A DNA stretch of 64,000 nucleotides from NCBI GenBank assembly GCA_964016885.1, contig OZ024748.1, forward strand, positions 26,536,001-26,600,000, read 5' to 3'. The notes under the pieces are model-generated. The model was not told the origin of the DNA and ran no database searches. It saw only the letters and a list, made by a program, of their open reading frames with translations. Source of the stretch: Eledone cirrhosa (taxonomy: Eukaryota). Each line of letters starts with the position of its first letter. Position 1 is the stretch's first letter. This document shows positions 49,171 to 62,103 of the stretch, in pieces. A program made the position numbers and the translations under genes.

Positions 49171-50382
49171 ACTGTACAACTTCCCTTTAGACAGTCCAAG
49201 TTCCCTTTACATAGTCCAACTTCCCTTTAGACTGTACAACTTCCCTTTAGACGGTACAACTTTCCTTTAGACAGTACAACTTCCCTTTAGACTGTACAAC
49301 TTCCCTTTAGACAGTCCAAGTTCCCTTTACATAGTCCAACTTCCCTTTAGACTGTACAACTTCCCTTTAGACGGTACAACTTCCCTTTAGACTGTACAAC
49401 TTTCCTTTAGACTGTACAACTTTCCTTTAGACTGTACAACTTCCCTTTAGACAGTACAACTCCCTTTAGACAGTCTAACTTCCCTTTAGACAGTCCAACG
49501 TCCCTTTAGACAGCTTAACTTCCCTTTAGATAGTCCAACTTCCCTTTAGACAGTCCAACTTCCCTTTAGACTGTACAACTTCCCTTTAGACAGTCCAACT
49601 TCCCTTTAGACCGTACAACTTCCCTTTAGACAGTCCAACTTCCCTTTAGACAGTCTAACTTCCCTTTAGACAGTCCAACTTCCCTTTAGACTGTACAACT
49701 TCCCTTTAGACAGCCCAACTTCCCTTTAGACAGTACAACTTCCCTTTAGACAGTACAACTTCCCTTTAGACAGTCCAACTTCCCTTTAGACGGTACAACT
49801 TCCCTTTAGACGGTACAACTTCCTTTTAGACAGTACAACTTCCCTTTAGACTGTACAACTTCCCTTTAGACAGTCCAACTTCCCTTTAGACTGTACAACG
49901 TCCCTTTAGACAGTCTAACTTCCCTTTAGACTGTACAACGTCCCTTTAGACAGCTTAACTTCCCTTTAGATAGTCCAACTTCCCTTTAGACAGTCCAACT
50001 TCCCTTTAGACTGTACAACTTCCCTTTAGACAGTCCAACTTCCCTTTAGACTGTACAACTTCCCTTTCGACAGTTTAACTTCCCTTTAGACAGTCCAACT
50101 TCCCTTTAGACTGTACAACTTCCCTTTAGACAGTCCAACTTCCCTTTAGACTGTACAACTTCCCTTTAGACAGTCTAACTTCCCTTTAGACAGTCCAACT
50201 TCCCTTTAGACTGTACAACTTCCCTTTAGACAGCCCACCTTCCCTTTAGACAGTCCAACTTCCCTTTAGACAGTACAACTTCCCTTTAGACAGTCCAACT
50301 TCCCTTTAGACTGTACAACTTCCCTTTAGACAGTCTAACTTCCCTTTAGACAGTCCAACTTCCCTTTAGACTGTACAACTTC
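49167..50382 (+). repeat. 20-bp tandem satellite, ~61 copies, TCCCTTTAGA-C(A/T/G)GT(C/A)C-AACT
   Basis: Exact 20-bp periodicity, with variation confined mostly to a 6-nt block. Confidence 0.98.
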
Positions 50383-50798
50383 ATGTTAGTCTACTTTTCT
50401 CTCTTGAAACAGAAGTGTGTTCTGAACACTGTGTCACCAATCTTCTACATAGAATTTCTTCATTATAGTTTACCTACTGAGTCTTTTTATTCTCCCTATT
50501 TCCTTGACTTTTACCTCTCACATCACCAGCACCATCATCACTGCCACCTCCATCCCCACTGCCACTACCATAGTCACCACTACTACAGACACAACCTCCA
50601 CCCCCGCCACCAGTCACCACCACCACCGAGACCACAATCCCCGCCACCATCCTTCCATTTCAATTTCTCATTCCATAAACATTTCAATTTTTTATCTTCC
50701 CCTTCATTGACTAAAGCATATTTATTCCCCTCCTTCTCAGGATACTCACATGACTGCAGCTATGAAACCACTGAAACCAATGGATTAACAGCAGCAGT

Positions 50799-50865
<67 letters not shown>

Positions 50866-51169
50866 CTCCCTTCTCGTCTTCTCTAGGGAGAGTCAGCATC
50901 ATGGATGGTGATATTTGTTTATGTCTCACGAAAACAACAATCCTCCAGCCCAACAATAGTTATAGGCATATAAGAAAAATACATACCTTAGTAAAAAGCA
51001 GGTGAGTGTTGAAGTTGGTGTAGGAGGTGGAAGTGGTGGGTGGGGCAACCAGTCATAGATTGGTGCATTCAATCAATATCAGCCTGGGAAAATGGACAGA
51101 AAACTGAGGATAAGAATAGTATTGTTTATATTTCATACAAATAAATTTCCTCTCCTTATAAATTTATAT

Positions 51170-51390
51170 ATCGTTTTGCTGAACATTTGAGGGACATACG
51201 TCTCAGTATGGATACTCCCGTCGCCTGTCATTTCCATTCCCGAGGTCACTCTTCCCTACATGTTTCAGTTCTCGGTGTCCTTTTACATCACAGATCACAG
51301 ACCTGGCACACCAGAACAGAGCAGAGTCTGATTTTCTGCCTTGGGTCCTGTTTCTCCCAAAGCACTCAACTCTCCTCCCCAATTTCTTTA
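51170..51390 (+). mobile_element. Penelope-like element GIY-YIG endonuclease C-terminal remnant
   Basis: RFAEHLRDIRLSMDTPVACHFHSRGHS..VSVLGVL...RTEQSLIFCLGS. Confidence 0.82.
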
Positions 51391-51959
51391 ATATTACACA
51401 CATACGTTCGTGCTTACTTCTCTACCCCTTGCCACCGTTATGTTTATCCTGTCCTTTGTCACACACGCAATGCGTAATTTCACCCCCTAGGTTCCTCTGG
51501 CTCTGTTATGGTCAGAAACATATTATTCTCTTACAGTTGATACAGACCAACTAAATACGCACACACACCTCTGATTACACACACGCACAATCCCTTATAT
51601 TAACATACTTTTACTCACTGCTTTCTACTTATAAACACACACATACACTCTTTTACTTACATATACACACACATACCCTCTTAGCTTTGTACGGACATAT
51701 AACACACACACGTATATACATGCGCGAACGTATATGCACACGCTCACATATAGTTCTATATACAAGACGTTTATTTTTTTTTTTTTTTCCCTTTCTGATA
51801 GACGTGCTCCATCATTCACTTTTCTAAAAAAATATATCAAAAAACAAAATTCCAGCATCATCAGTTTTCCAAGAGATGGACTTGTTTTTTTTCCTAAAAA
51901 GATTTTTTCAGATTCCATGTTGCCCATCACCTCAGTCTTTCTAATTTCTTCTCATTCTT

Positions 51960-51995
51960 TCTTCTGATGAAAGACTAGCTTCCGAAACGTCAAGA
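51960..51995 (+). ncRNA. Minimal Penelope-type hammerhead motif
   Basis: UCUU-CUGAUGA-A-AGA(CUAGCU)UCC-GAAAC-GUC^AAGA. Stem I is UCUU/AAGA and stem II has one mismatch. It lies ~600 nt 3' of the GIY-YIG remnant on the same strand. Confidence 0.65.
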
Positions 51996-52109
51996 CCCTC
52001 TTCCTGCTATTTCAAGCATTAAACTAATATATTCCTTCCTTATAATGTACCGTTTCTGTTGTTTATGTTTTACATACATATACATATGATGACGACGATA
52101 TATGTATAT

Positions 52110-53015
52110 ATCTTCTTCTTCATCTTCTTCTTCACCCACTTATTCCTGAGAGGGTTGGTGGTGGTGGTGGTGGTGGTGGTGGTGGTGGATCAGATTCCTC
52201 AAACACTCCTGCCAGCAGCTTCCATTAGAAACAACTGTCTCCAACTGATCCAGCTGGATCTCCAAGCAAGACAAACCAAGGACATGGATGTTATCGAACC
52301 ATCTTGCTCGGGGTCCACCCCTGGGCCTCCTTCCAGTTGGTTTTGTCTGTAAAATCTGTTCAGTGATTCTTTCCTGGGATATTCTCACCACATGTCCTTA
52401 GTATTGGAGCTGTGATCTCTCAATTTAAGGAAATAGCAGCTCTTCCTGGAGTGACTCTCTGATCTCCGAGCTACATGCTCAATCGAGTAACATTACTCCA
52501 AAGACCCTTCGGAGGAATCTCCTTTTGACCGCTTGTATTTGGGATCGTATTCTTTCGGTCATTACCCAAGATTTATGACCATAGGTAAGGGTTGGCACAA
52601 ATACAGAATTGCAGAAAGTGAGTTTGGCTTTTACACCTACCTCCCTTCTTCTGATTACCAAATGCTGAAGCTGGCACATTACTGCACCAGCTCCTGCAAT
52701 TCTTGGACTTAATCCAGCCTCCTGCCTTCCATCACTCATGAACACAGCCCGAGATACTTGAACTTCTCTACCTGCTTCAGTGGAACTCCATTCACATGTA
52801 GAGTGCATTGCACAGGCTTCCTTGAGAGGATGAGTGTCTCAGTTTTCACAGCAGTGATTTTCATTCCAGCCATGTAGCACTCAGCATCAAACCTATGAAG
52901 TCCAAGTAGGGGATCACCTTCTGTCGAGTTAAGTAACACTATGTCGTCTGCAAATTCCAGCTGATTGATTTTACACCTGCAAGTCATAATACCACTTTGA
53001 ACCTGGCTGTGCATG
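52110..53015 (-). mobile_element. RTE-clade LINE 3' portion
   Basis: LEFADDIVLL, LKQVEKFKYLG, PTLTYGHKSWVMTERIRS, KPTGRRPRGGPRARW; (GAA)n tail. Confidence 0.92.
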
Positions 53016-54809
53016 TAAATCCTGTGATAGCAAGCTCACAGCACACAACACAAAAACAAGATGGTGTAGGATACAAAATAAAAATCCAGTCACTGAGGAG
53101 GTCACAGAATGTGTCACGAAAGAGCTTTGACAATATATAAACAACCATCCAGTTATCGAACCAACCAACCAACCGGAAAACCCTCCCAAAGTATAACAAT
53201 ATATATATAAGGAAAAAAGATGAAATCGATAATTAATGATTTCATCTTTTTATAATGCAACTGGAGCCTTTTTTAAAATATTTATTTGGTTCCTTTACTG
53301 GTTTTGCAGTTCTTGTGCTTTTCAAAAGTAGAATTGAGATGGAGGGTTTGTAGTTTTTCTCGCATCTGGTTGGTGTTCGAATATTACTTCTGTTTTATAT
53401 GGAAAAAAGGGGCTCGAAATGGTAGGTTTTTAGAAAAGTAATTTGGTTGGTTGATGACTGTCATGTGGATAAGTATAATAAATTCCGCGCCAGTTCGTGT
53501 TACAAAGTTCTTATTATACTTGCCTTTAAAAAAAAGGGGGGGGGGGACTCAAATTGTTTTTTCATATGTGAGTTGGTTGATGCAGTCACATGAATAAGCA
53601 CATCAACTTTCGCGCCAGTTTGTGTTTGAATTTCTTTTTACTTAACAAAAGTGGCTCAAGAAGGTTTTTTATAAATGTAATTTGATTGGTTATAAATGAA
53701 ATTATGACTGTCACGTGAACAAGTACATTAAATTTTGAGCCCGTAGTTGGGATTTTTTTTTTTTTGTAGCCATTTATATATATATATGTAGCATATATAT
53801 ATATATCAAGATGACTAGGCATAAGAACGCATTTCAGTCTGTGTTTTCATTTTACAAAGCTTTTAATGTTTTGAAGTTAATGTTTTGCGTTAAATATGTT
53901 ATGGAGAGTAGCAGACAATTCTTCATATTTGAATAACTGAATCCTGACCTAGTTTTTCTTGTTTATTAGTTTCATCATCATCATTATCATCATCATGATC
54001 GTCATCATCACTGTTTAACGTCTATCTTTCTATACTTGCATGAGTTAGACAAGTTGTCATGATATGAGACAAGTCAGGTGAAATCATACAGATCTGTATT
54101 TTGGCTTGGTTTCTATGGTTGGAGACCCTCTCTAACACCAACCACATTACAGTGTGGACTGGGTGCTTTTTTTCATGGCACTGAAACAACCATCTAACAG
54201 GGTGGACTGGGTGTTTTCATCATGTCACTGTCATGACCACTTTACAGAGTGGGCTGGGTGCTTTTTCGTCGTATCGCCAGCAAGATCACCTTACAGGATG
54301 GACTGGGTGTTTTTTTTTGTTGTGGCCCCCAGATCACCATACAAGGTGAACTTTTTGATGTGTGAAAATAATTGTTCACATCTGTAGGTTGTTTCTGAAA
54401 TAACAGATGTAACTCTGTTAAATTTTCTAAGTACTGAAAACTGTTCATTAGAAACCATGTCAATGACATTTGAAATTAAGGGAGAAATTCATTAAATTTT
54501 ATTTTCCAAACTTCCATTTGTAAGTTACTAAGCATTTTTTTTTTTTTTTGTTCACTAAATATAAATAAGTTTATAAATATGAACTTGCAGTCACAGTCTT
54601 CTGCAGCAAAATTACAAAACAACTTTCAAATGACTCTTCAAATAACTTGAATTTTTTCAACAGATTAAAAAAACGTGCCATTACCCCCACCACAATACAT
54701 GCACTCTATTCTTTTAAGTGAAGAAACTGGTTCAAGATCCCCATTTTGTAGCTGAGGGAATGAACACATTTAAGTTGATCTTGAATACATTAATATCATC
54801 TACTAAGCT

Positions 54810-55092
54810 ACTTCTTCTTGGGAGGATCATAAGAGCAGTGTCATCAAACACTCCTTCCGGAAGATCTTGTCAGAAGCAACTGTCTCCAATTGATCCAGTT
54901 GGATCTCCAAGTAGGACCAGCTGAGCTCATGGATGTTATCCAACTATCTTGCTTGTAATTTACATCTGGGTCTCTTGTCAGTTAGTTTTGCCTGTAAAAT
55001 CTGTCTAGTGATTCTTTCCTAGGACATTCTAATTATATTCCTGTAGTATCAGAGCTGTGATCTCTCAATTTGGAGAAATAGCAGCTCTACCT
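54810..55092 (-). mobile_element. RTE-clade LINE 3' end fragment
   Basis: Aligns by eye with 52140-52450. Confidence 0.75.
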
Positions 55093-55624
55093 AATTTCAA
55101 ATTTAGACTATTTGAGATGTCTGACTACATCAGCTAAAGATGCTAAATCAAATAGCTTGTTGTTATCACATAAAAAGGCTGTTTCTTCGAACAGCTCATT
55201 TTTCTTTTCTAGAAAATTATGTACAATCATCATCATCATCATCATCATTTAACATCCATTTTACACATGTGTTAGATGAGTTATCAAGTTATGAGACAAA
55301 TCAGGTTTGGAAACCATGTCATGTTCATACAGATCTGTATTTTCGCTTTGTTTCTACAGCTGAATGCTCTTCCTAATACAAACCACTTTACAGTGTGGAC
55401 TGGGTGCTTTTTACCGTGGCACCAAAATGACCGTCTAGCAGGGTGAACTGGGTGCTTTTGGTTGTGACACCAACACAACTACCTTACAGGGTGAACAGAG
55501 TGCTTTTTGTTGTGTCACCAACATAACCACTTTACAGGGTGGATTGGGTGCTTTTTGTTGTGTCACCAACACAACCACTTTACAGGGTGGACTGGGTGGC
55601 TTTTGACATGTCATGAGAACAATA

Positions 55625-55935
55625 TTTTTCTTCTTCTTCTTCACTGACTTATTCCTGAGAGGGCCATTGTGGGCAGAGTCCTCAAACTCTCCCTCCAGTG
55701 GGTCCTTTCAAAAGCAACCATCTCCGACAGCTCTGGTTGTACCAGCCAAGCTCATGGATGTTATCCAACCAACTTGCTCAGAGTCTCCCACTGGGTCTCC
55801 TACCAGTTGGTTTCACCCGTAAAATCTGTCCAGCAATTCTTTCCTGAGACATTCTAACCACATGTCCATAGTATCGGAGCAGTGGTCTCTCAATTTGGAG
55901 AAGTAATGGCTCCACTGAAATGACTCTCAGTTTCC
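55625..55935 (-). mobile_element. RTE-clade LINE 3' end fragment
   Basis: Aligns by eye with 52110-52460, including the tail and TTATTCCTGAGAGGG. Confidence 0.8.
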
Positions 55936-57386
55936 AAAATCGACTCATAACCTTCTCTCCTTCTTCTTCTTCAGGTGGTTATGAAATGTTACACAATCCA
56001 CTATTTTCCAATTCCTTACACATTTTGAAGTCTTGGGTTTAGTTAAAACAACCACAACAACAACAACAACAACAACAACTAAACAAACAACAATTTTATT
56101 GTATAAATAACATTGCAAATATTGATGGAAAAAAGAATAAAAACTGAGGTGGAGGGATAAAGAAGGGCAGATCTGGCTGTATAGGGAAGTAGGGAAAAAG
56201 AATATAAATGCCATAAATGAGAGGAAAAGCAGGGGAAAAACAAAGATTATGAGGCCAAGGAAGAAAGGGAGGGTGGGGAGAGGGTGATAGGCTTTATGCC
56301 TGGGGCGGAGCAGTGTTTAGGCAGTCGCCACTCCCCTACATGGACAAAACTTCAAAGTCAGTACTGTGGACAATGGCCAGTAACACCCACACCCCACCTC
56401 AGGCTGCTGACCATATTGTGGTTTCTCTGCTAATTTTTCTTATTTCTGGTCATTTTTCTTTTATGAACTCATTTACATTTTAACATCTAGGAAATTCTTC
56501 AGATTTGAAAAAATTCCACCACCACCACCACCACCATCACCACTTGACACCACTACCACCCACTACCAACATCACCACTAACACCACAAACACCAACACC
56601 ACCACCAGCACCACCACCACCATGACCACCACACCACCAATACCACCACCACCACCACCGCTTGCTGCCAGTTTGGCAACTTTAGAATCTCTAAAAGAGT
56701 TACAGTTTCTAGTCTCTCTCTCTCTATCTCAGTCTTCCAAAAGTTACCACCTTTCTCAGCAGGCAACTTTCTTTATTCACCACCACCACCACCACTGATA
56801 CCATCTCAACTACCACCATTTCCACTCTATTCTTCCCCTCTCTGTCTCTCACCACCACCACCAGCACCCCCACCATCATAAGCACCAGTACCATTCTATT
56901 CCTCTCTCAGTTCCTCATCACTTCTCTCCTGCAGTGAGGCTAAGCAGCAAAAGTCTTCAAGTCTTCATGAAACATGATAGCCCTTCTCTTTTACTTCTCT
57001 TTCTTTCTCTCTTTCTACCACCAACTCCACCCTCTCTCCAAGTAAGTAAAAAAAATATATAAGCAAACAAAATAAAAACCACCATAAAAAAAAACAGAGA
57101 AAGAGAGAGAGAGAGTATGGAATGAAGAAATGGTTTGTGTCTGTTAGTTGTATGTATGGAAGCTACTCCATACTACAGCAAGAAGTTTTGTGACTTTATA
57201 AATGGTTCTTAACTTAACTTGGAAGCTCCTGTAAAACATTTCTGGGGTAAGTACTGATCATAATTTCTCTTCCCACCCCACCATATGTCTTACTTTCATA
57301 CTTTCTCTCATTCTTCACCTTTCATCTTTAGCCAGGAGTTTAAATATATATATATATGTGTGTGTGTGTATATATATGTGTGTGTA

Positions 57387-57418
<32 letters not shown>

Positions 57419-57555
57419 ACATTAAATGAAGGAAAAGGAAAAAGAGATGCAAAATAAAATTCTTAAACTTCCACATGTTTTCCGTAAATTACTATTATAT
57501 ATTCACACTTTGGATATATATATATATATATATATATAAATATACACATACACAC

Positions 57556-57587
<32 letters not shown>

Positions 57588-57744
57588 ACATATATTCACA
57601 TGTCTGAGTTTGAAAATATTTTGTTTTCTTTCCACTGATTTCAGTTTAATTTCACACCTCCATGCATGCATGTGTGTGCATGTGTATGTGTATATATATA
57701 CACACACATATAACACATACACAAACTCATACATATATATATAT

Positions 57745-57824
<80 letters not shown>

Positions 57825-58279
57825 CAGATCCACATGTTTGAGTTCTTAACATTTTGTTTGTTTTTACTTGTTTTCCTCCAACTTTACACCAACAGATATT
57901 TCATTAAAAGCGGGAAGGAACCACAATTAAGTTATAAAGTACTCAATACATCAAAGATAAGAGTGTATATCAGTTTATTTAAAAAGTAACTCTTATAAGA
58001 CTAAAATATAAATACGCTAATATATAATATATATCAAATGAATATATTTATTTAAGAGAATGATTGTGATTTTTTGCAAAGTTCACTACAATGCAAACTA
58101 ACTAAAATATAATTGAATAAAGCTAGTGATACCACCTCTTGAAACAGAAAGAAAGGAACAGAATTGCTTTATGTATAAAAAAAAAATTATATATATATAC
58201 ATTTCTACATATATATATATATACACTCTGATGAATTCATAATAGAGTTAAACATGTAAGAGCCACATTTTAATAAAAT

Positions 58280-58359
<80 letters not shown>

Positions 58360-58681
58360 TATATGTGCATGTGTGTGTGTGACTATATATATATATACAT
58401 CAAATTAAAAATGCGAGATTTATATACATATATATATGTGTGTGTTGAGGTTTGCATAGAAATCGGATGAGGAAAAATTCATATATATACATTTATACAC
58501 ACACATGTATATATATATATATATATATATATACATTTATACACACACATGTATATATATATATATATACACATTTATACACACACATGTATATATGTAT
58601 GTATGAATTTTTTTTCCTCATCCAATATCTATATAAATCTTTATGTAATTTGTTTTTGTAATGCAGTATCCCCTCATTCAC

Positions 58682-58964
58682 CAGGGCGCGATTTAATGGT
58701 GAGCAAAGGGGGCAATTGCTCCGGGCTCTCTGCAGTGATGGCTGTATCAATTTATTTGTGCCCTCAGTTGGACTCTTTAGTTTTAGGATGGTTAGAAGTT
58801 TTGAATTTAGTACCTGTGTATATAACTTTTCATATCTAATTACTTGCGCCAAGTAAAATTTGGGGGGTTTGCTGTGTATTCTAATTTTTTATATATGACC
58901 CCCCCCCCCCCCCCCCCCAATGCTGAAGTGTCCCCCGGGTCCTCCAAGGTCTAAATCTTCCCTG
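58682..58964. mobile_element. hAT-like MITE
   Basis: Termini CAGGGCGCGATTTA / TAAATCTTCCCTG; imperfect TSD CATTCAC / CATTCAG. Confidence 0.6.
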
Positions 58965-59056
58965 CATTCAGCACCCTTGTGGCAAATAAAAAGAATTATT
59001 ATTACTATTATTATTATTATTATTATCATCATTATCATTATTATTATTATCACGAC

Positions 59057-60133
59057 GGCAGTGGATTGGCAGTATTGGTAGAGCGTCGGACATTGTGCTT
59101 TGTGGCATAGAGTTACGGCCCTTTATGGTCTGAGTTCAAATCCCGCCGAGGTTAACTTTGCCTTTCATCCTTACGGGGGTCGAGAAAATAAAGTACCAGT
59201 AATGCATTGGGGGTCGATTTAATCGACTTCCCCCTTCTCCCACCCCCACTTCAAATTGCTGGCCTTGTGCCTAAAGTAGAAACAATTATAACTATTACTG
59301 TAAGGGCAGTGGATTGAGAGAATCATTAGAGTACCAGTAAAGTCAGGTCGGGTATTTGTTGCAGGACTTTATGTTCTCATTTCAAAATTCTGCTGTTGTT
59401 AGTTTTGCCTTTTGTCCATCCAGGGTTGATAAAATAAAGTACCAGTAATGTACTAGAGTTTTATATAGTCAACTTCTACTTCCCTCCAAAATTACCATTA
59501 TTATTATCATTTTGAGGGCGGTGGATTGGCAGTATCGGTAGAGCGTCAGACTCCATGCGTTACAGCATAGAGTTATGGCCCTTTACGTCCTGGGTTCAAA
59601 TCCCGCCGAGGTTAACTTTGTCTTTCATCCTTACGGGGTCGATAAAATAAAGTACCAGTAATGCTCTGGGATAATTGCGGGCCTTGTGCCAAAAGTAGAA
59701 ACAATTATTATCATTATCATCAAGGGGCGGGGAATTGGCAGTATCGGTAGAGGGTCGGACGCCATGCTTTCCAGCATAGAGTTACGTCCCTTTACGGTCT
59801 GAGTTCAAATCCCGCCGAGGTTAACTTTGCCTTTCATCCTCATCCTTACGGGGGTTGATAAAATAAAGTACCAGTAATGTACTGGGATAATTGTGGACCT
59901 TGTGGTAAAAGTAGAAACAATTATTATCATCAAAGGGCTGTGAATTGACCGTAACCGGTAGAGCATTGGACAGCATGCTTTGTGGCATATAGTTACAACC
60001 CATTACATTCTGAGTTCAAATCCCACCAAGGTTAGCTTTGCCTTTCATCCTTAAGGGTTTGATAAAATAGAGTACCAGTAACACACTAGGGTCAATTCAA
60101 ATTGCTAGACTTGAGTCAAATGTAAAAATAATT
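59057..60133 (+). mobile_element. Five head-to-tail SINE family A copies
   Basis: Heads at ~59057, 59304, 59516, 59724 and 59935, each preceded by a short ATT/ATC tract. Confidence 0.93.
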
Positions 60134-60783
60134 GTTACCATTATTCTCAATGATTATTCTACTGAGTGGCTTTTGTGAATGTGTGAGAAGAGATAGAGTC
60201 AACCCTCCTACAACAATAATGAATAACATTAAATATTGAGGAGAGACAGTCTGTAAATATGTTAGCACCTGAAGAAAGGCCACTATTTTGGTGCGTCTTG
60301 TTTTCTAGAGGGGTGGTCAAATTTTGGCCTTGAAACCTTGGTGCCTTTGTTCTGCGTATGAACATAAATAAATAATATAATATCATCATCATCATCGTTT
60401 AACGTCTATCTTCCATGCTAGCATGGGTTTAGACGGGAATTGTCCCACTTGAGGCAAGATTGGTTGTCTTGCTCGTATAGGACTGTCTGGCAGGTTTTCT
60501 ACGGCTGGATGCCCTTCCTAACACCAACCACGTTTACAGTGTGGACTGAGAGTTTTTACCATATTACCTACACAGCCACATTACAGCGTGGACTGTGTGT
60601 TTTTTTGTCGTGACACCTACCCGACCTCATTTATTTAGGACTGGATGTTGTGGTACCAACATAACTTTTCAGAGAAAGATGTATATATATATATGTATAT
60701 GTATATATGCGCACATATTCGAGTGTGTATATATATAGTAATAACAAATGTGAAGACTAAAATCCAAAGAGGACTCGATAAGG

Positions 60784-60821
<38 letters not shown>

Positions 60822-60845
60822 TATATATATAAACCCGTAGAGCAA

Positions 60846-61355
60846 ATATTTATTATAAGAACAGATTAAAGTTTAAGCAAAGAATCGTTGCTTTCACCCT
60901 TAACGAGATCTTCTGAAGCTAAAAAAATCAATTTAACTATACTTTAATGTTCTCATCATTATTTGATTTTACTATTATTAATAACCTCTGTCATTTTCAT
61001 TTAACAATTTTATTTACATTATTCTTAAAGTCCAGAACTGGAAATCATTTGGTTATTCTAAATAGAATATTGGTCTAACGACTCCTTTTTATACCATAAA
61101 CGTATTTTTGTCTTTGCAAGAAATTCTTCTCATCGCTCCACATAATGGCGTAATTATCTTCGCATTTTTTCGTCCATCACCAAAGAACGTCTTCATGAAC
61201 CAACGTATCGTCTTCCTGTTTTCCTTCAGTTGTAACATTTTTCAAAAAATTTACTTCTGTGTCCACAGATTGATTTTTTTAGTTTTAGAAGATCCCGTTA
61301 AGGGTGAAAACAGCAATTCTTTGCTTAAACTTTTATCTGTTTTTATAATAAATAT
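60846..61355. repeat. Element with ~87-bp inverted arms in (TA)n
   Basis: 60846-60932 is the reverse complement of 61269-61355 (AGAAGATCCCGTTAAGGGTGAAA...ATTCTTTGCTTAAAC). The left flank 60735-60870 also matches 34680-34790. Confidence 0.8.
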
Positions 61356-61612
61356 ACATATATATATATATATACTCAAATATGTGTGTATATATATACA
61401 TATACATAGTTATTTGTATGTATGAGTATATATATATGGGTGAGTGTGTGTGTATATATATATCCAGGCAGTGTAACGTGAAGTTACTGTAGGTTCATCC
61501 AGGTGAACATTCAATGTTTAGATTCACATCTGTAGCAGGGTGTAGAGCTAAAAAGAGTGTCAATATAATAATACAAGGACGATTTGTTTAGCCTTCATTA
61601 CGTTTATTGGTT

Positions 61613-61697
61613 GGTCACGCATGTTTCGCTATTGATCAGCTCAAGGTTCGATCTGTATCGATCTGGCCTGACTCTGGAATCAAAAGCTCGTCAGACT
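61613..61697 (-). ncRNA. Hammerhead-like motif with long stem II, probably inactive
   Basis: Minus strand AGU-CUGACGA-GCUUUUGAU...AUCAAUAGC-GAAA-CAUGCG-UG-ACC, then AAUAAA. The cleavage triplet is GUG here, but GUC in the paralog at 27.7 kb. Confidence 0.55.
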
Positions 61698-61812
61698 TCT
61701 GCTGTTGTAATGACAAAATGAGTCATTCTATCATTACAACAGCAGCTCATTCTACTGACATGGCTTATAAAAAAGGGTGTTTGCAAACGAATCAAGTATT
61801 ATTATTATTATA

Positions 61813-62003
61813 GGCGGTGGATTGGCAGTATTGGTAGAGGGTCGGACGCCATGCTTTGATGCATAGAGTTACGGCCCTTGCCATTCTGAGTTCAAATCCC
61901 GCCAAGGTTAACTTTGCCTTTCATCCTTACGAGGTCAATAAAATAAAGTACCAGTAATGCACTGGGTAATTGCTGGCCTTGTACCAAAAGTAAAAACAAT
62001 TAT
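61813..62003 (+). mobile_element. SINE family A (short form)
   Basis: Full head, B-box and tail. Confidence 0.92.
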
Positions 62004-62025
62004 TAATATGCAAAATACTCAGATT

Positions 62026-62099
<74 letters not shown>

Positions 62100-62103
<4 letters not shown>

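Noticed and set aside
49167-50382. CRISPR-like array (constant repeat plus variable block)
   Set aside because: The variable part is only 6 nt and reuses a few variants. There are no unique spacers or cas genes, and the context is eukaryotic.
57340-58610. YIYI/THTH-type ORFs
   Set aside because: Translations of (TA)n and (CA)n microsatellites.
60880-60920. Possible hammerhead (C/U)AGAAGA-UCCC..GGGU-GAAA in the inverted arms
   Set aside because: Both arms have A at the invariant U position, and stems I and III are unconvincing.
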